Below are positions 1-14,559 of a stretch of 64,000 bases of DNA, in pieces. The DNA comes from Sminthopsis crassicaudata. Taxonomy: Eukaryota. A program made the translations under genes and the position numbers. A model generated the notes under the pieces. That model worked only from the letters and a program-made list of their open reading frames with translations, was not told the origin of the DNA and ran no database searches. Position 1 is the first letter of the stretch. Each line of letters begins with the position of its first letter. The DNA is taken from positions 153,289,341 to 153,353,340 of the forward strand of contig NC_133621.1 of assembly GCF_048593235.1 (NCBI RefSeq). Direction: 5' to 3'.

Positions 1-235
1 TAAATATAAATCCAAATGTGAGTAAGCAAAGAAAATGAGAAAAATTCAAATTAGTCTTAAAATACAAATTTTAAAACTCTCCTTATTAGTTTTAATTCAA
101 GTAAAATTCAATCTCCTTGAGGATTCGGAGCATTTTATCTTCCAGATATTTTGATATTTATTTGACACACTGCCTTATACCATATCAAGCATTCATGCAA
201 TGTTTGTTCAATCAGAATAAATGCTGATTAAACAT

Positions 236-653
236 TGTAGAAAGCCAGAACTCTGGAAAAGTATACTTGAAACAAGGTGTTAACTCAGAGGAATTGATGA
301 GACAATGGTTATCTAGTTTACATATATACTTAGTAGTTAGCATGGTGATGTAATGGTTCTCTAAATTCACACAAAATCAGTATGCTGTAATGATGTAATT
401 ATAAGGTATATAAGAGCCAACAAGGACTGAAAGAGAAATATTCCATCTCCCACCATCCTGGTGCCTCTCCTGCCTTCTGCCTTTCTCCACTGAGACCAAG
501 GTCCATCCGAAGGTCCCTCAGAAAGTTAGCCAGTCCCAGGTGAAGGAGACAATCAAGACTTTGGACTTTATTCCTGACTATTCTTGTGGTAATTATTCAG
601 CTGAAACCAAGGCCCATTTGGAGGACCTCCAGAAAACTAGCTGGAACATTACA
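236..653 (+). mobile_element. ERV solo LTR (related to those at 17275 and 52692)
   Basis: TGTAG...GAACATTACA termini, TATA-like TATATAAG near 406, degenerate poly(A) signal (GAGACAATCAAG versus GAGACAATAAAG in the 17275 copy). The 5' segment aligns by eye with 17275. Flanks AAACAT / AAAATT are a degenerate TSD. Confidence 0.75.
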
Positions 654-849
654 AAAATTTTTATGAAGTTGGGGAAATAAAAACTGAAGGTGCTCTCTAC
701 AAAGTTATCAGTGATCTTTGAATCGAATCTAATCTAATAGATTAGATTACAAATCTAATGGTCGCATGGCAATCCTCATATATCTTGATCTTACAGAAGT
801 TTTTGACTGTAATTTACTCTAATCTCCTAGATACTCTCTTATCTTCAGA

Positions 850-1965
850 TTTTCATGGTCCTATTTACTCCAAGTAACCCTACCTATTTGACTTCCCTTT
901 CTTAACCTATTTTGATGGATCTTCATCTAGGTCATGTCCACTAACTAGGTCTTCCTCAAGCATCTTCTGAAGACTTTCCTCTCATCCCTCTCTACCATCT
1001 CATCAGCTCCCAAAGATTTAATAATCATTTCTCAATTCTCAATTCTATTATCTTCAGTCTTTTAATCTCCAAATGTATATTAAACATCTAAAACTGGAAC
1101 TACTACCCATATCATAGCATAAACATCTTAAATTCAACTGATCCAAACTTGAATTTATCTTTCCCTTACCCCAAATTCTTCCTTTTACTTCATTTTTCTC
1201 TTACTCTTTAAGGGAAAACCATCCTCCAAATCTCCTTGCCTTGTCTAGAAGACTTCCCACCTGAATTTTCTTTCATATCACATATCCAGTTCTTATTGCT
1301 AAGTGTTTTCACTTCTATTTTTGCAATATCTCTCATATATACTCTCTCCTCTTCTCTGATACAGTCAGTATTTTCGGTCAGACTTTCATTACCTCATACC
1401 TGAATTATTAGCGATTTGTTTCCCTGCCTCAAATCTCTCCCCATTTCAATACATTTTTAGCTATTAAAATGATCTAAGTCATAAAACTAATCTTGTTTGT
1501 TCCCTGCTCAATAAACTGAATGGCTCCCAATTAGATCCAGATCAAGTGTAAAACTTTCTGCTTGCACTTCACAACCTGGCTCTTGCTACTTTTTCCAGTG
1601 TGACAATTTCCCCTCCTCACACAATTATGAAGTAGTAACACTGGCCTTCTTGCCAAATCTTGAATCTGAGACACCATTCTCTAATTCTGTGCCTTTTCAA
1701 AGACTATCATTTGTGTCTGAAATATTCTCTGTATTTCGTTTTTCTGGCTTCCTTTAAGAATCAGCTCAGATCACATACTCCAAGAAATGTTCTTGATTAC
1801 CCCCATATCTTATATGTATATAATTACTTGCATATTGTCTTTCCCCATTAATATGTGAGTCCCTTGAGGACATGGACTATTTTTTGCCTTCCTTTGTATA
1901 TCTGGCACTTGGGAAGGTTCTTGGCATAAAGTGAGGGCTCAATAAATTATTTTTGTCTGAATGAC
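850..1965 (+). mobile_element. Ancient L2 LINE 3' fragment
   Basis: Pyrimidine-rich L2-like body ending in the typical tail ctggcacttgg...gggctcaataaattatttttgtctgaatga. Boundaries approximate. Confidence 0.6.
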
Positions 1966-2024
1966 TAGAAACTAACTTGTAACTGTAATACAAATTGATA
2001 ATAAGTATTTTGCATGCAACTGAG

Positions 2025-2263
2025 AGGGCAGCAAGGGGGTACATTGAATAGAGTTCTGGGCCTGGAGCTAGGAAGGCCTGAGTTCAAAATTGACCTCAGT
2101 ACTAATAGCTATATGAACCTGAATGTCACTAAATCCTGTTTGCCTCAATTTCCTCATCTGTAAAATGACCTGGAAAATGAAATGACAAACCATTCTAGTA
2201 TCTTTATCAAGAGATCCCCATGTGGGGTTTCATGAAGAGTTGGACATAACTAAAAAACAACAA
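2025..2263 (+). mobile_element. CORE-SINE (Mar1/MIR-like)
   Basis: tRNA-like head with B-box (gagttcaaa), CORE cctcaatttcctcatctgtaaaatg, and tail gaagagttggacataactaaaaaacaacaa. Confidence 0.8.
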
Positions 2264-2338
2264 ATAAACTACGACATCAAACTTTAAAGTAAAACGAATT
2301 GTTCATAATGATGTAATCTAGTTAGACCCTCTTATTTC

Positions 2339-2945
2339 TTTTTTTTTTAATTATAGCTTTTTTTATTTAAAAAACATATGCTTGGGTAATTTTTCAACAC
2401 TGACTCTTGCAAAGGGTCTTGCAAAACCTGTTCCAAATTTTCCGCCCCTTTCCCCCCACCTCTTCCCCCAGATGGCAGGTATTCTAATACATGTTAAACT
2501 ATATGTTAAATCGAATATATGTATGCATATCCATAGTTATCTTGTTGCACAAGAAAAATTGGATCTAGAAAAAAAAACTGAGAAGGAAAAACAAAAATGC
2601 AAGAAAACAACAACAGAAACAGTGAAAATGCTATGTTGAGGTCCACACTCAGTTCCCACAGTCCTCTTCCTGGGTGTAGTTGGCTCTCTTCATTACTGAA
2701 CAATTGGAACTGATCTGAATCAATTCACTGTTGAAGAGAGTCACATCATCAGTATTGATTATTGTATAGTCTTCTTGTTGCCATGTATAATGATCTCCTG
2801 GTTCTGCTCATTTCACTCAGCATCAATTCATGTAAGTCTCTCCAAGCCTTTCTGAAATCATCCCGTTGGTCATTTCTTACAGAGCAATAATATTCCATAA
2901 CATTCATATACCATAATGTATTCAGCCATTCTCCAATTGATGCCA
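2339..2945 (-). mobile_element. 5'-truncated L1, ORF2 C-terminal fragment plus 3' UTR
   Basis: ORF 2749-2946 ([17 protein letters not shown]...RTRRSLY) is the L1 ORF2 C-terminus. Poly-T at about 2339-2349. Near-identical flanks TTAGACCCTC(TT)ATTTC (2322-2338) and TTAGACCCTCATTTC (2946-2960) form the TSD. Confidence 0.9.
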
Positions 2946-5029
2946 TTAGACCCTCATTTCAAAAGGAAGGAGGAACATTTGGGCAGGGAAAAAAATGAAC
3001 CATCACCTCTGCCAAAGAAATGATACAAAGTCCAGTTTTCTGTCCTTACCTGCTCTATCCAAAAGTTGTCCATCCAAAAATGCTTACTCTATCTTGGTGT
3101 ATCTAAAAAAGATTTCAGCTTCCTTTGAAAAATCAGAATAAAACTCTCCAGACCCTAACTTCTCGGGGTCATTTAAAATCATCTGTATTATAACTTGTGG
3201 AAGTGTGGTTGCATGAATATATCACAAATGCTGCTTCTTTGGCTCAGAACTAGAACCTCTAACAAGAGCCAGGATATGAATGATGTGGTTGGAAATAAAA
3301 ATTCTCATATACTTTCCTAAATTGATTTCTAATCTATCAATAAACCTTATTATTAATATTAACAGAATATTATCCCTGTCTCACTCTTTATCTTGAAATA
3401 AGAATCTCTCTCTCTCTCATATGAGATCATATTAAAAATAAACATGCAATTTAACACTATACACTCTTCTATTCTCTTCCTTAATTTAAACAAGTTTTCC
3501 AGGACATAATAAGCTACAATATCATTTTTAATTCTAGAGCATTATTCATTATACTGTTCATAATTAAATACTGAATTTTTTTATTTCCTGTCTTGGTTGC
3601 CCCTACAAACCATTCAGTTGCAGAGAACATGTATGAGAGCATGCACATTCATTCCTTTGTTTGAAAAAAAAGACATTAAAATAAAATAAAACTTAAAAAA
3701 ATGAAATTCAGTGTATATTTATGAGAGATGGTTAGAGTTATTGCAAATCACTTAACAAAAATATAGTGAGAAACCATGATTTGAAAAGAAACACTTTCAA
3801 ATTTTTATCTAGTAACATACCCTGCCCTTGTCACTGCTACCTGTGTCTACATGGGCAAATCAATCTTTGAAAAACAATTTTCTCATATATATAATAAAGG
3901 GGTTAGAGCAGAAGTTCTTTGAGCTTGCTTCTACCTCTAAACTTATGCTACTTGATTTATGCTATGAGACTTATGGTAAAATATTTGTGTGCTCTCATAC
4001 TTTTCTGAAAATGCATTCCCTCCAGGTTGTTATTATGGAGTAAGATGCAGTGAATTGGGAATGGAGTCTATGGTACTGGCTTTATTACTGGATAAAAATT
4101 CAAAAGTGTTTCTTATCAAATCATGGTTTCTCACTATATAAAGACATTACATAAAGATGTATCTACATGTCATTGACAATTATTGTGTCTAATGGATTTT
4201 TATTATATTGCTTATCCCAATTACCCTTCTTCCATTGGTGAACTCCTTTTGGAGTCTTTCTTTTGAGTACTGGCCCTGGACCAGCCATGCTTCATCATCT
4301 GCCCAGGTGTACTTTTGTTAGTTAGAATTTTGCCACCATGTCTCTTTACAAGTACCCATTATTGTGCATCATATTTTTTGTTGTTTTCCTCTATTCGAAT
4401 GTAAGCTCCATGAGGACAAGCATTGTCTTTCTTTTTTGCTTCTTTATTATGTCCTCAGAGTTTAGCATAGTCCCTGACACATAATAAGCATTTTATAATA
4501 GTATAAGTAGGTTACTTTACTGAAAGTCTTTCTTAAAAAGGACAAAATGAATTGGGTCCTCTTGTAATATGAGCTTAGAGTACTTGTCAAGGATAAGAAT
4601 ATGTTTATGACCAACAAATTGTCTTTCATCCTAGACTTCTTACGTCCATATTTTTTTTTTATCTCTGCATGTTCATTAAACCTGGTTCTGTCCTTAAAAC
4701 AAAAAATCAATCCCTTGCTATCTTCTGTAGTATTAACCATTCCTGTTTTTGACAAGCAGAGAATTTATATCACAAACTGATTTAAGACACATGCTCTGAT
4801 ACCAAGAATTAGATGTATCTCTTTCTCTGGAGTTAATTTATTTGATTTTACATTACTTTGTCCATATTCTAGTTATTATCGTGTGTTGTCCTCCAGGTCA
4901 TTTGCTTTTATTACTCAATAAGTTCATTATTTGGCTCATGAAATTCCTTTCCTTTCCAACTTCAGCCCATTTGAAGACTTAAATTTTCAAATTAATAATA
5001 TGACAGCACTCAGTTCAGAGACCCTGTTT

Positions 5030-5555
5030 ATATCTCAGAAACATTCAGTGGTCCCCTATTGTCTCTAAAATAAAAGAAAAATCTTTAGACTACCAAAATC
5101 TGGCTGACATGTTTCTAATCTTATTTCAAGTTTTTTTTCTCCTTCATACAACTTATATTTATGCTAAACTGGACTTTACTAGTTGTTCCTCAAGTTCAAT
5201 ATGTCATTTCCTTTCCATTTACAAAAGCCATCTGCCATCCCTGAAATAAATTCTCTTCTCATATCTACCTTTCATATTCTTTATCCTTCTGAAAGGTTCA
5301 GTTTAGATGCCATGTCCTCCATAAGGCTCTTCTTTTATTCCTCAGAATGAAAATGTTCTTTAACTCCTCAAATATTTTAGAATCTTTTGTTTCTGTTACC
5401 TCCTGACATGTTTTATTATTTACATTCATATCATATTCCCCAATCCCAGAAGAATACAATTTCCTTGAATATAAGATATGCCTTATTTTTATCTTTGTTT
5501 CCCAAAAAATAAGCTCACTGATTTGCATGTAGTAGGTGTTTAATTAATGTTCTGC
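5030..5555 (+). mobile_element. L2 LINE 3' fragment
   Basis: tcagtggtcccctattgtctctaaaataaa...gtagtaggtgtttaattaatgtt, an L2-like tail. Boundaries approximate. Confidence 0.55.
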
Positions 5556-6046
5556 CAAAGTGATAAATCTTCTACTTCAGATGGTGTGAAAATACATGAT
5601 CATTGTGGCTAGATTGGCTAGATGTACAGAGACTCATCATATAAGTTGTGTCAGTAGCCAACAAATTATTTGACCATGGCAACTAATTATATGACATCAC
5701 ACATACACACACACACAAATACACACACACACAAACATAAACACATGCACACCCCCTTTTAACAAATGCTACAAGTGAAAAAAATGTATAAATGGAAAAT
5801 GGTCCTAGTCCTAAGCAATCTTTTTCCATGATCATTGTGGATAAGTGGCCAAATAAGAGAAGGGGGATAGGATGCAAAACACGTTAAGAAGCACATACTT
5901 CTTTGTTCTTAGGCTTTCTATGAAAGCTGATGTTATTTGCTTGTTTTTTTAAACAAAAAAGAAACACCATACCCGTATACACACACACACACACAAATAC
6001 ATACTAACATTCTAGCTCATAATAAAATTGTAAGAAATTTGAGCAT

Positions 6047-6318
6047 AAATTGTTTTTCAGTCATTTTATTCATGTCTGACTCTGATCCTATTTGGAATTT
6101 TCTTGTCAAAGATAAGGAGTAATTTGCCATTTCCATCTCCTACTTCTTTTACAGCTGAGAAAACTGAGGCAAGTTAAATTACTTGCTAACTATTTGCTAA
6201 GTTACTACTTAAGTGACTTGCCTAAGATCATACAACTATAAATATCTAGGGCTATATTTGAACTCAGATCTTCCAGACTCCAGGTCTTTCACTCTATCCA
6301 CTATATTACATAGCTGCC
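6047..6318 (-). mobile_element. CORE-SINE (Mar1-like)
   Basis: Reverse CORE (acagctgagaaaactgaggca), reverse B-box (tttgaactc), ends tagctgcc. Confidence 0.75.
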
Positions 6319-7709
6319 CTAACCATGAAGATGAAATTAAAGTGCATGCTAATATCATTTATAGAAGATAGATTAGAGAAATTCAATGAAAGATTTAACA
6401 AGATGTCAAAATAAAGAGTGAAAATGATCTTAACAACAAGCTAATTTACAAGACAAAAATAAAAAAAAGATGAAAAATATTACACATAGCATCACCATAT
6501 AAAGAAGTAAGACACAGATGAGGGGAAAATGAGGTGACAAAGGTTTTTTTTTTTTTTTTTTTAAATGAAAATCAGCTAAATTACATCCTCTTGAGATGCT
6601 TTGGAGGAGAAACAAGGACACATAGAAAATAAGAAAAATACACTGGCACTTTTATAGTGATTTAATTTCCAAGGTAACAAGAATGTAACTACCATATTTG
6701 GATTCTTTCATCTCAGCATTTGATGTGAAGAAGTAGTAAAGGTGAAGAAGTTAGGAAAAATACTGGACCTCACCAAATTCATAGAGAAAAAAATTTGTGC
6801 TAGAGACAACATTTTTAAGGATGCTTGAGAAACTTTTTTCAACATAACTCAAAAAGAAAAATATTCTAAAAGATCAGAAAAAGATGCATCTATATTTTCT
6901 ACCTGCTCCACCCCACACAGAGTAACCAAGAATATATGAATATTCCTGTAGTTTTGCCTTGTTTTCTCAAAGAAATCCATAATCATTTAAAAGAGGAAAT
7001 CAATACTGGTTATTTGTGAACACTAGATTTATATACATACACACATGTGCACACACAAACATATATAGACTTTATCCAAGGTATATGGATGGTGAGTTGG
7101 ACTGAGAATATACCAAGAGGCAAAATTAATACTCTATAATATTTGGGAAACACAGCATTTTCAGTGAACATAAGTGTCTGATCAATTAAAAAACTCACAA
7201 ATCAAACATTTCACTCAGTGAAGAAAATAGAAAGTTAGCCAGATAGATGTAAGTAGGTTGTAATATATTATCATTATTTATGTTTAGGCAATGACTTAAA
7301 AGGCTTTTTCAGTAAGAACATTTATGACCAACATAAGAGGTAGGTCACTCATATAATAAAAGTGACAGATATTTGGAAGACTAAATATAAAGGAAATACT
7401 TAATATTTAAGTCTTATACTTTATGCTTACCATCCAAAGCTTTGAGCCTTATTTACAAAGGTATTCTAGTAAAACTCAGTCATGTTTAGTCTTACACATT
7501 CACAGTGTAGTCGTCAGCTAAATGGTATAGTTTATAGGGATATACACTGTCCAACCATTATATTTTTCTTCTCCTTCCTCCCAATAACAAATATTTTCTT
7601 AATATTCCAAAAACTTCTCTTTCTTTTAAAAGGCTAATTTCTTCTACCACAATCATTCTTCTGATATTGCAATGGTTGTCTTTTATCCACATGATTACTG
7701 TTAAAAGTG

Positions 7710-7925
7710 AGCTATGTAGCGCAGTGAATGATATGCTGGAACTAGAATCAAGACGGGCTCTGTAATCTCAAGCAAGCTGCTTAATCCCTATTTACATCTG
7801 TATGCCCAACAATAAAATGGGGATAATGACAGTAACATCTCTCAGTACTATTATGAGATTTTAACAGGCTATTTATAAGGAGCTTAGCATAATGCTTGAC
7901 ATATAGAAGGTGCTTAATAAATATT
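7710..7925 (+). mobile_element. MIR-like SINE with L2-type tail
   Basis: aaaatggggataatgacagta core; tail cttgacatatagaaggtgcttaataaatat. Confidence 0.6.
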
Positions 7926-10699
7926 TTCTTCTTTCATTCCTTAAAATGAAGATAGAAAGTAGTCTAATTTAAAGAACCTTCTAACATTATCCTGTTAGTG
8001 GATCATTCTACAAGATTCATTAGGTGGCTTATTGGAAGGGCTTATTTGAAGCAATGAAAAGAGCCAGTAAACTTTGATGAAGACAACATGTCCTTAACAA
8101 ATCTTAATTTTTGAGTGTTTTGTCCACTTTTTATAGTTAGTCTATTTTGATACGATTCTATATTCCTGATTGCTTACTTCTATTGTTAATGAAGTACAGT
8201 CTAGTAGGGAAAGAGCTATATTAGACATCATCTATCTTTAAAAAAAAATAATGAATTTTTATAACAAAGGGGAATAGTTAAGAAAAAGAAAAATTGGGGT
8301 ATAAAACAAAATGTCTTTACAATTGTTTTTTTCTCACACCACAAGTCAAGGTAATTCAAACCCTTTGCCTGTTTCAGCTTAGGGAACACATCTCACATAT
8401 CTATGGGTTACAAAAGGTCATGGAAGAGATATACAGGTGCCACTGCATGTACCATGGATTATTTAATAAGCACATGCAGTCAAAAATGTAATATCTCCTT
8501 TTCATCATCTTCTGATCTAATTTATGGCTCATTTATTATTTATTGGGCTTGTCCTTTGAACACTTTTTTTTTTCTTTTTTTTTTTTTTTTTTATTAACAT
8601 ATCGCCTTCAACAGAGGGCATTGACAATTAGCACAGAGAATTTTCGGTTTCTAGAACATGGCCTCATGAGCAATTCCTCAACCCCAACATACAAATCAAT
8701 TAGTGTGTAGTAGCTGGCCTAACCCTCCCATCTCCTCTCCCCCTCTGCATCAAATAGCCTATGGCATATTTCCAAAGACCAGTCTTATTTATCCAAATTC
8801 CTTTAAAGCAGATAGTTTTACCATTCATACCCTTTTCTCACCCTTTTAAGAACAACTAGTTAAAATAATTATCATATGTTTCTACATTTATTGCCCCCAC
8901 CTAGAGAAGTGTAAAGTTGTTTTTGTTTTTCCTTTTCCCATTCACATCTGTCCTATATGCTTCACTGCACTGTCTTTTCAGTGAAGAAAAGGCAGCTCAG
9001 AGAGGAAATGAAAATCAAATTCAGAGTTCCCAGGAGAGCTGACCCAAATTCTCAAATGATAGAATAAAAATGCTATCTCTAGTGAAAGTGATTGGAAATA
9101 TCATAATATGATTCAGTAATGAATTCAATGTCACACCTCTTAGCAGGAAATCTTTGAAACACCTTTAAGAAGGGATGTGGACAATTAAAATAAGGAACAA
9201 AACCAACCATCTCCTAGATGTTAAACCAAGGATAGGAAGTGGGCTTTGTTTAATCATATCTTCAATGAATATTATGATTTGTCTCCTTTTTGGGTTTTTA
9301 ATACAAGCACATGTACAGAACAGCAGCAAGTCTTCACCAATGTTATTTGTCTGCTACTATAGGAAGTCTCATCCCTAAATAATGGTGCATTTCAAGATAA
9401 ATTTCAAGATAAAACTTCAAAAACCACAAAGTGCCATATACTTCTCAAAGCTATTACTTGACATATTTTTCACTATTAGTACTTTATTTTCACCCCAAAA
9501 CATTCAAATTATGGATTTTTAAAATACTTACCTTCCTTCCTGCCCCATCCCCAGAAGAAAAAATACTCAAGTTTTCTTCATTAAGATATAGTTGAGATAG
9601 AATTTGTTAGGGTAAAAGATAGGTGGGAGACTCACTTTAGCTTAGAAAATTAACTTCTCCAAGTGAGAGTTTTCAGATAGTTCTTATACTCTCCAATCAC
9701 TCTGTCTTTCAATTAAGAAGAAAAAAAGAGAGAAAGGGAATTTTTAAAAAATAAATGCCTGAATACCTAACTAAAGAGATATTTAATTAATATATTTTGC
9801 CATCTAATAGCTGCAAATTAAGAAGAATTCTTAAGTATATATATTTGAACAGTTGGCCACTGTGCCTCTTTCATAGTCCCTAATTGCACAACCAGCCATG
9901 AGGTAAGCACTGCTAATTGCGCAGGTTTTTTGTTGGTATTAACTATAATTTTACATAGCAGCAGGAAGCGCTTCATAATTTCCCACCTGACAACTGAGAA
10001 CCCAGAGAACAGCTGCCTATGGCTTTATGATCCTATGAACAAATTGGATATCAGAGAGAAAATAGGCTTAAAAACAAATTCTCTTTGCATAGTGTGGAAG
10101 TGATGAAAATGGTTCCTTTAAGAGGAGTTTAGAAGCAACCAACAACCTGGAATGATGTCCAAGCCACTGTGCAATAGTATTATGACATCCATAGATCTCA
10201 AAGGAACTACAGGAAGAAAGGGCCCCCTGCTGCAATGAACAGAGCACAGAGTTAAATAATAAATCACAGTCATGCAGCCAACCAGCCTGCAAAAGCCAAC
10301 CACATATCAGGGAGCCACCCTGCCCACACAGAAGAAAGATCTAATTCCACAACAGTTGCATTTCCTGATGGGAGCCAGCTGAGGAAGCTGGCTATTTGTC
10401 CTTATTAAACTGCAGAAGATGAATGTATTTATTTTTGGCAAAACCTGGATTGAAACATTGTGATTTGAATTCAGGCATCAAAGTATAAAGAAATCTAGTT
10501 ATTGTGTTCCCAAATACTTAAATACCTCTCCAGATATAACAGAATGAAAAGATTTATAAAAATATAATTTTGACACAGAACATTTGAATTTCCTAGAAGA
10601 ACCTAAATAATAAAATTAACTACAGTTGTAATTGACACAAAAGCCATTGAACAGAAAGAACCCTACACCTGGAGATAAGACACTGAGAATTCTAGATTT

Positions 10700-11225
10700 G
10701 TAAGGAATTTCAGGAACTGTCTAGGATGAACCCTAGCATGAAAATCTCCTCTATAATGACAGAAGAGTAGTAATTCCTCCTTTGTGTGAAATCTTCCAGA
10801 GAGGGGAAACCCATTGTCTTAAGGAGACTATTTCAATCTTGAATAGTTCTAATCACTAGGAAATCAGTTTTGTTTAGGGTTTTTTCATCTCCTTACATCA
10901 AGCTAAATTTGCCTCTTTTCAACTTCTACCCAGTATCTCGCTAGTGGAAAAGTCTAATCTCTTCTCCACATAACAGTTTTTCAGATACTTGAAGACAATT
11001 GATATATCTCTCATAACTATTCTCTTCTCCAAGATAAACTGCCTGATTTTTTCAAATGATCTTCAATAATTGTAATCAAAGGTCCTTTATCATCTTTATC
11101 CTCATCTGTGTAGTCAACAATTTATCAATATTCTTCTAAAATGCAATACCAAAAATTAAGCATAATATTCTAAATGTGACCTGACAAGAACAAAGTAGAG
11201 GGAGTATTATTACCTCTTCCAAAAA
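10700..11225 (-). mobile_element. L3/CR1 LINE relic
   Basis: Diagnostic-looking reverse segments such as tcttctccacataacagtttttcagatacttgaagaca and aatattctaaatgtgacctgac. Boundaries approximate. Confidence 0.6.
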
Positions 11226-12114
11226 TAATGGCTGCCAATACAGCCTAGGATAGAAAAAAATCTTTTTTTTTTTTTTTTGGAGGGGGAGAGAGAAGTGGGG
11301 ATTGTTTATTACATTACATCACACACTAATAAGCAAAGCAAGAAGAACAATTTTGATAAGGAAATCTTTGGTGTGAAAGTCTCCTTCCCTTTTATCTTCC
11401 TTTTCTCTCCTCCCTCCTTCCTTCCTGAAATGTAATGTCTCAAAATTGCAGTGGATGTTATTAGGCTAACCTTAATTTTCAAACACCACTTTCTAATTAC
11501 CTTATACTTGGGAAACTGTTTTTACTCAAGTTTTAAGATTTTACATTTATTGCTATTACTTTCTTTTTCTAATTTTAATTTTATCCATGGTCTTGGGTTA
11601 CAAGAATTTTAGGGTTGGAAGTATGATAGGTTCTAACTTTGGTGGCCTTGAGTTATCTGCAAATAAGACATGAATATTTTTAGGCCTATAGGCAACTTAC
11701 TATGAAGAGTTTTACATAGCACATAGTTATGTTTGAATAGCTAGGCTAATGAGAAAAAAATCTGAAATTACTCAAAGCTGTCAGAAAAAGTAAATACATA
11801 GCAAAGTATATAGATCATAAATTATAGGATTGGAAAGATTTGAGTTTGAATCTTGCCTAAGATACTACTTGTGATATTGGGCAAGCCACAACCTTTTTCA
11901 GCCAAGGTTTTTTCAACTATTAAATGAAGTTAATAACAAAACCTACCTTAAAAACTGTTGTTGTTTTAAGTCAAAGAAACATATTCCTTTACACATAACT
12001 TCAAAAACACATATAATTATAGGCATACATATATGCATATATATATGTATGTATATGTAAAGATGTGCATATGACAGGGTTGAGTTCACTTGAACTTTTC
12101 TATGGAAAAAAAAA

Positions 12115-12335
12115 TTTGAGTAAACAATGGACAGAGTGCTAGGCTTGTAGTCAAAAAGACCTAATTTAAAATATGACTTCAGTCTAGCTTTTTGACCCTG
12201 TGTCAGCCACTGTTTGCCTTCATCCACTGAAGAAGGAAAAGGAAAATGATTCTTTGCCAAGAAAATCTAATGGACAGTATGATTTACAGGATCATGAAGA
12301 GTTGGACATGATCGATTGATTAAACAACAACCATA
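12115..12335 (+). mobile_element. CORE-SINE (Mar1-like)
   Basis: gacagagtgctaggcttgtagtcaaaaagacc head; tail gatcatgaagagttggacatgatcgattgattaaacaacaa. Confidence 0.7.
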
Positions 12336-14559
12336 AAGGTACTGGCACTGCTATTGAATTGTAGAAGACACTTCCAGGTTAGAAAACTCCATTAGCAACT
12401 ACCTTCTCTGCAATGTATAGTCTTAAAAAGTTGACTTACTGGGATTTTAAGTCACTTACTCAAGATTACTAATTGTCCATGTGAGTCCTAGATATGATTT
12501 GAACTCTAGCCTCTCTAGCTTCTAGATTCTGTCTATAATGTCTCTTAAGACAGCTGCTCACAAATAGTATCTATTATTAATGTACCATATTTAAAGGAAT
12601 GAGTCAATCTCAAATAAAAGCTCATGGAATAGTATCTAAGTATAGGAAAGTACCTCATATCTTAAGGTTAATATCTTTTTAAAAATAGTTTATGTGTATT
12701 TAAAATGTTGTGTTTTTGTCATGTTCAGGTAGATCTAACTTACCCAATTGTTTCTTGAATTATCTTAAGCATGTTTGTAGTTCCAAAACATTTTTCAATC
12801 TTTTGTAAGTATCTAAAACTCCTATAGTCTCTCCTGCCCCATTACTATTTTAGGGAACTCAACAATATTTTGAATTATATATTTTCTCTTACTAATCCCA
12901 GAAACACAAATATCACCATAAGCTTTCTTTTTGACTGTTCTTAACAAATCAGAAGATTCTATTCTCCAAGTAAAATTTTATCCAAGGCTAGGTTTATATC
13001 CACTTCTATTTTACATCAAATAATCATTTAAAAACCATTAGGAGGCCAAAATTAGATGCGAACTGCTTTATTAAAGGTCTTGTAGTTATATACATAACTT
13101 TTAAAAAACACAGTTAACAAGAATTTGACAAGGCTATTAAAGATATAAAATAGTTTCTCCACAGGTGCCAATTATTGTATTTGCACTTCTAACCCTTAGT
13201 TATGAGAAGGCAACATATTAAATAGTAACTTTAATCCAGCTCAGATATAAAAAATATGTGAAATAAAAATGAGTTCATCTGCTTGAATATTGAAATTTTT
13301 TGAAATTCCTTTCCAATTACACAAGAGAAGAAAGAACATAAGCCAAAAGACGAAGGATTACACATTTAGAACTGGAAGTTACCTTAGAATTCATCTAATC
13401 CAAATCTTCCATTTTACAGATGAAGAAACAGAAGGTTAAGTTATGTATCAAAGTTAGAATGGTAATAAGTAGAAGAATCATAATTTGAACCTATGTCTTC
13501 AGAGCTTAATAGCATGCAATGCAACTTTGAGACACTCTATGTCTCAGGAAGGAAGGAGGGAGGACAAAAGAAGATAAAGGGGAAGGAGAGATTCATGCCA
13601 AAGATTTCCAGATCAGAATTGTTCCTTTTGCTTTGCTTGTTGACTATGTACTCTTTTGGCTTTCGTGCTCCAAATTTAATCTTTTATTTTTCTGTGACAA
13701 TTTGTAAATGAATGAATTTCTTGCCATGGCTTGCTTACTTATAAAGAGATAGATTATTCAGTAAGGGGAAAATATCATTATAGAGTACTAGGATATGTGC
13801 CTATTGGTGGAAATGCAATATCAGAAAGGTGAACAATTATTATAAGAATAGATCATAATTCAAGATCAAATCAATGATATTATGTAAAAATGGACGTAAA
13901 GTACATACTGTATTGAGAAGGGGAATCAGAAACAAAGAGACAATGTTGAGAAGAAATAGCAATAATATTTGTCACTTGCTATTATGTAAGAAATATGGTA
14001 ATAAATAGAGGAATAAACACAACACTTCAATTAAAATATATAGTAGGTGGATTTTAAAATGTCTCCTCTCTAAATTAAATTAGGTTGAAAATATCCAACC
14101 GGTAACAGTTTGCTGAGTTGACTAAAAATGAAAAAGTGTCTTTTAAAAAACAAACAAGAAAGATCTTTTTGGTCTCATGAAGCTAGATGCAAAATTTTAG
14201 GCATGCTACCAGTTTTAGCTCAATGCCAAATCAGTTTATCACAATCCTCTTTCTCTTGTTCATTATTCCAGGAATTAAAAAAAAATTCACAATTATCTTT
14301 TCCATATCTATGTGAGTCATCAATGACTTTTACTATAACTAATGAGAATGCAGTTGTAAGAGAAATTTAGATTTTTTTAAAATTTGGATCTTCTATTCTC
14401 AAATCTATTTTCTACTTCAAAGCATGTGCAACAGAAGGAAAAGGGAAAAGAATAAGATATACTCTACAAGAATTAATAGAAACATTGCAATATACATCTA
14501 TGATGTTAACATGTTTTTTAGAAGTCTGTGAATATTATAAGCTTAAAAGAAGCATCATA

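Noticed and set aside
726-748. AATCTAATCT-AAT-AGATTAGATT small palindrome
   Set aside because: Short, AT-rich and built from an (AATCT)n repeat; expected by chance.
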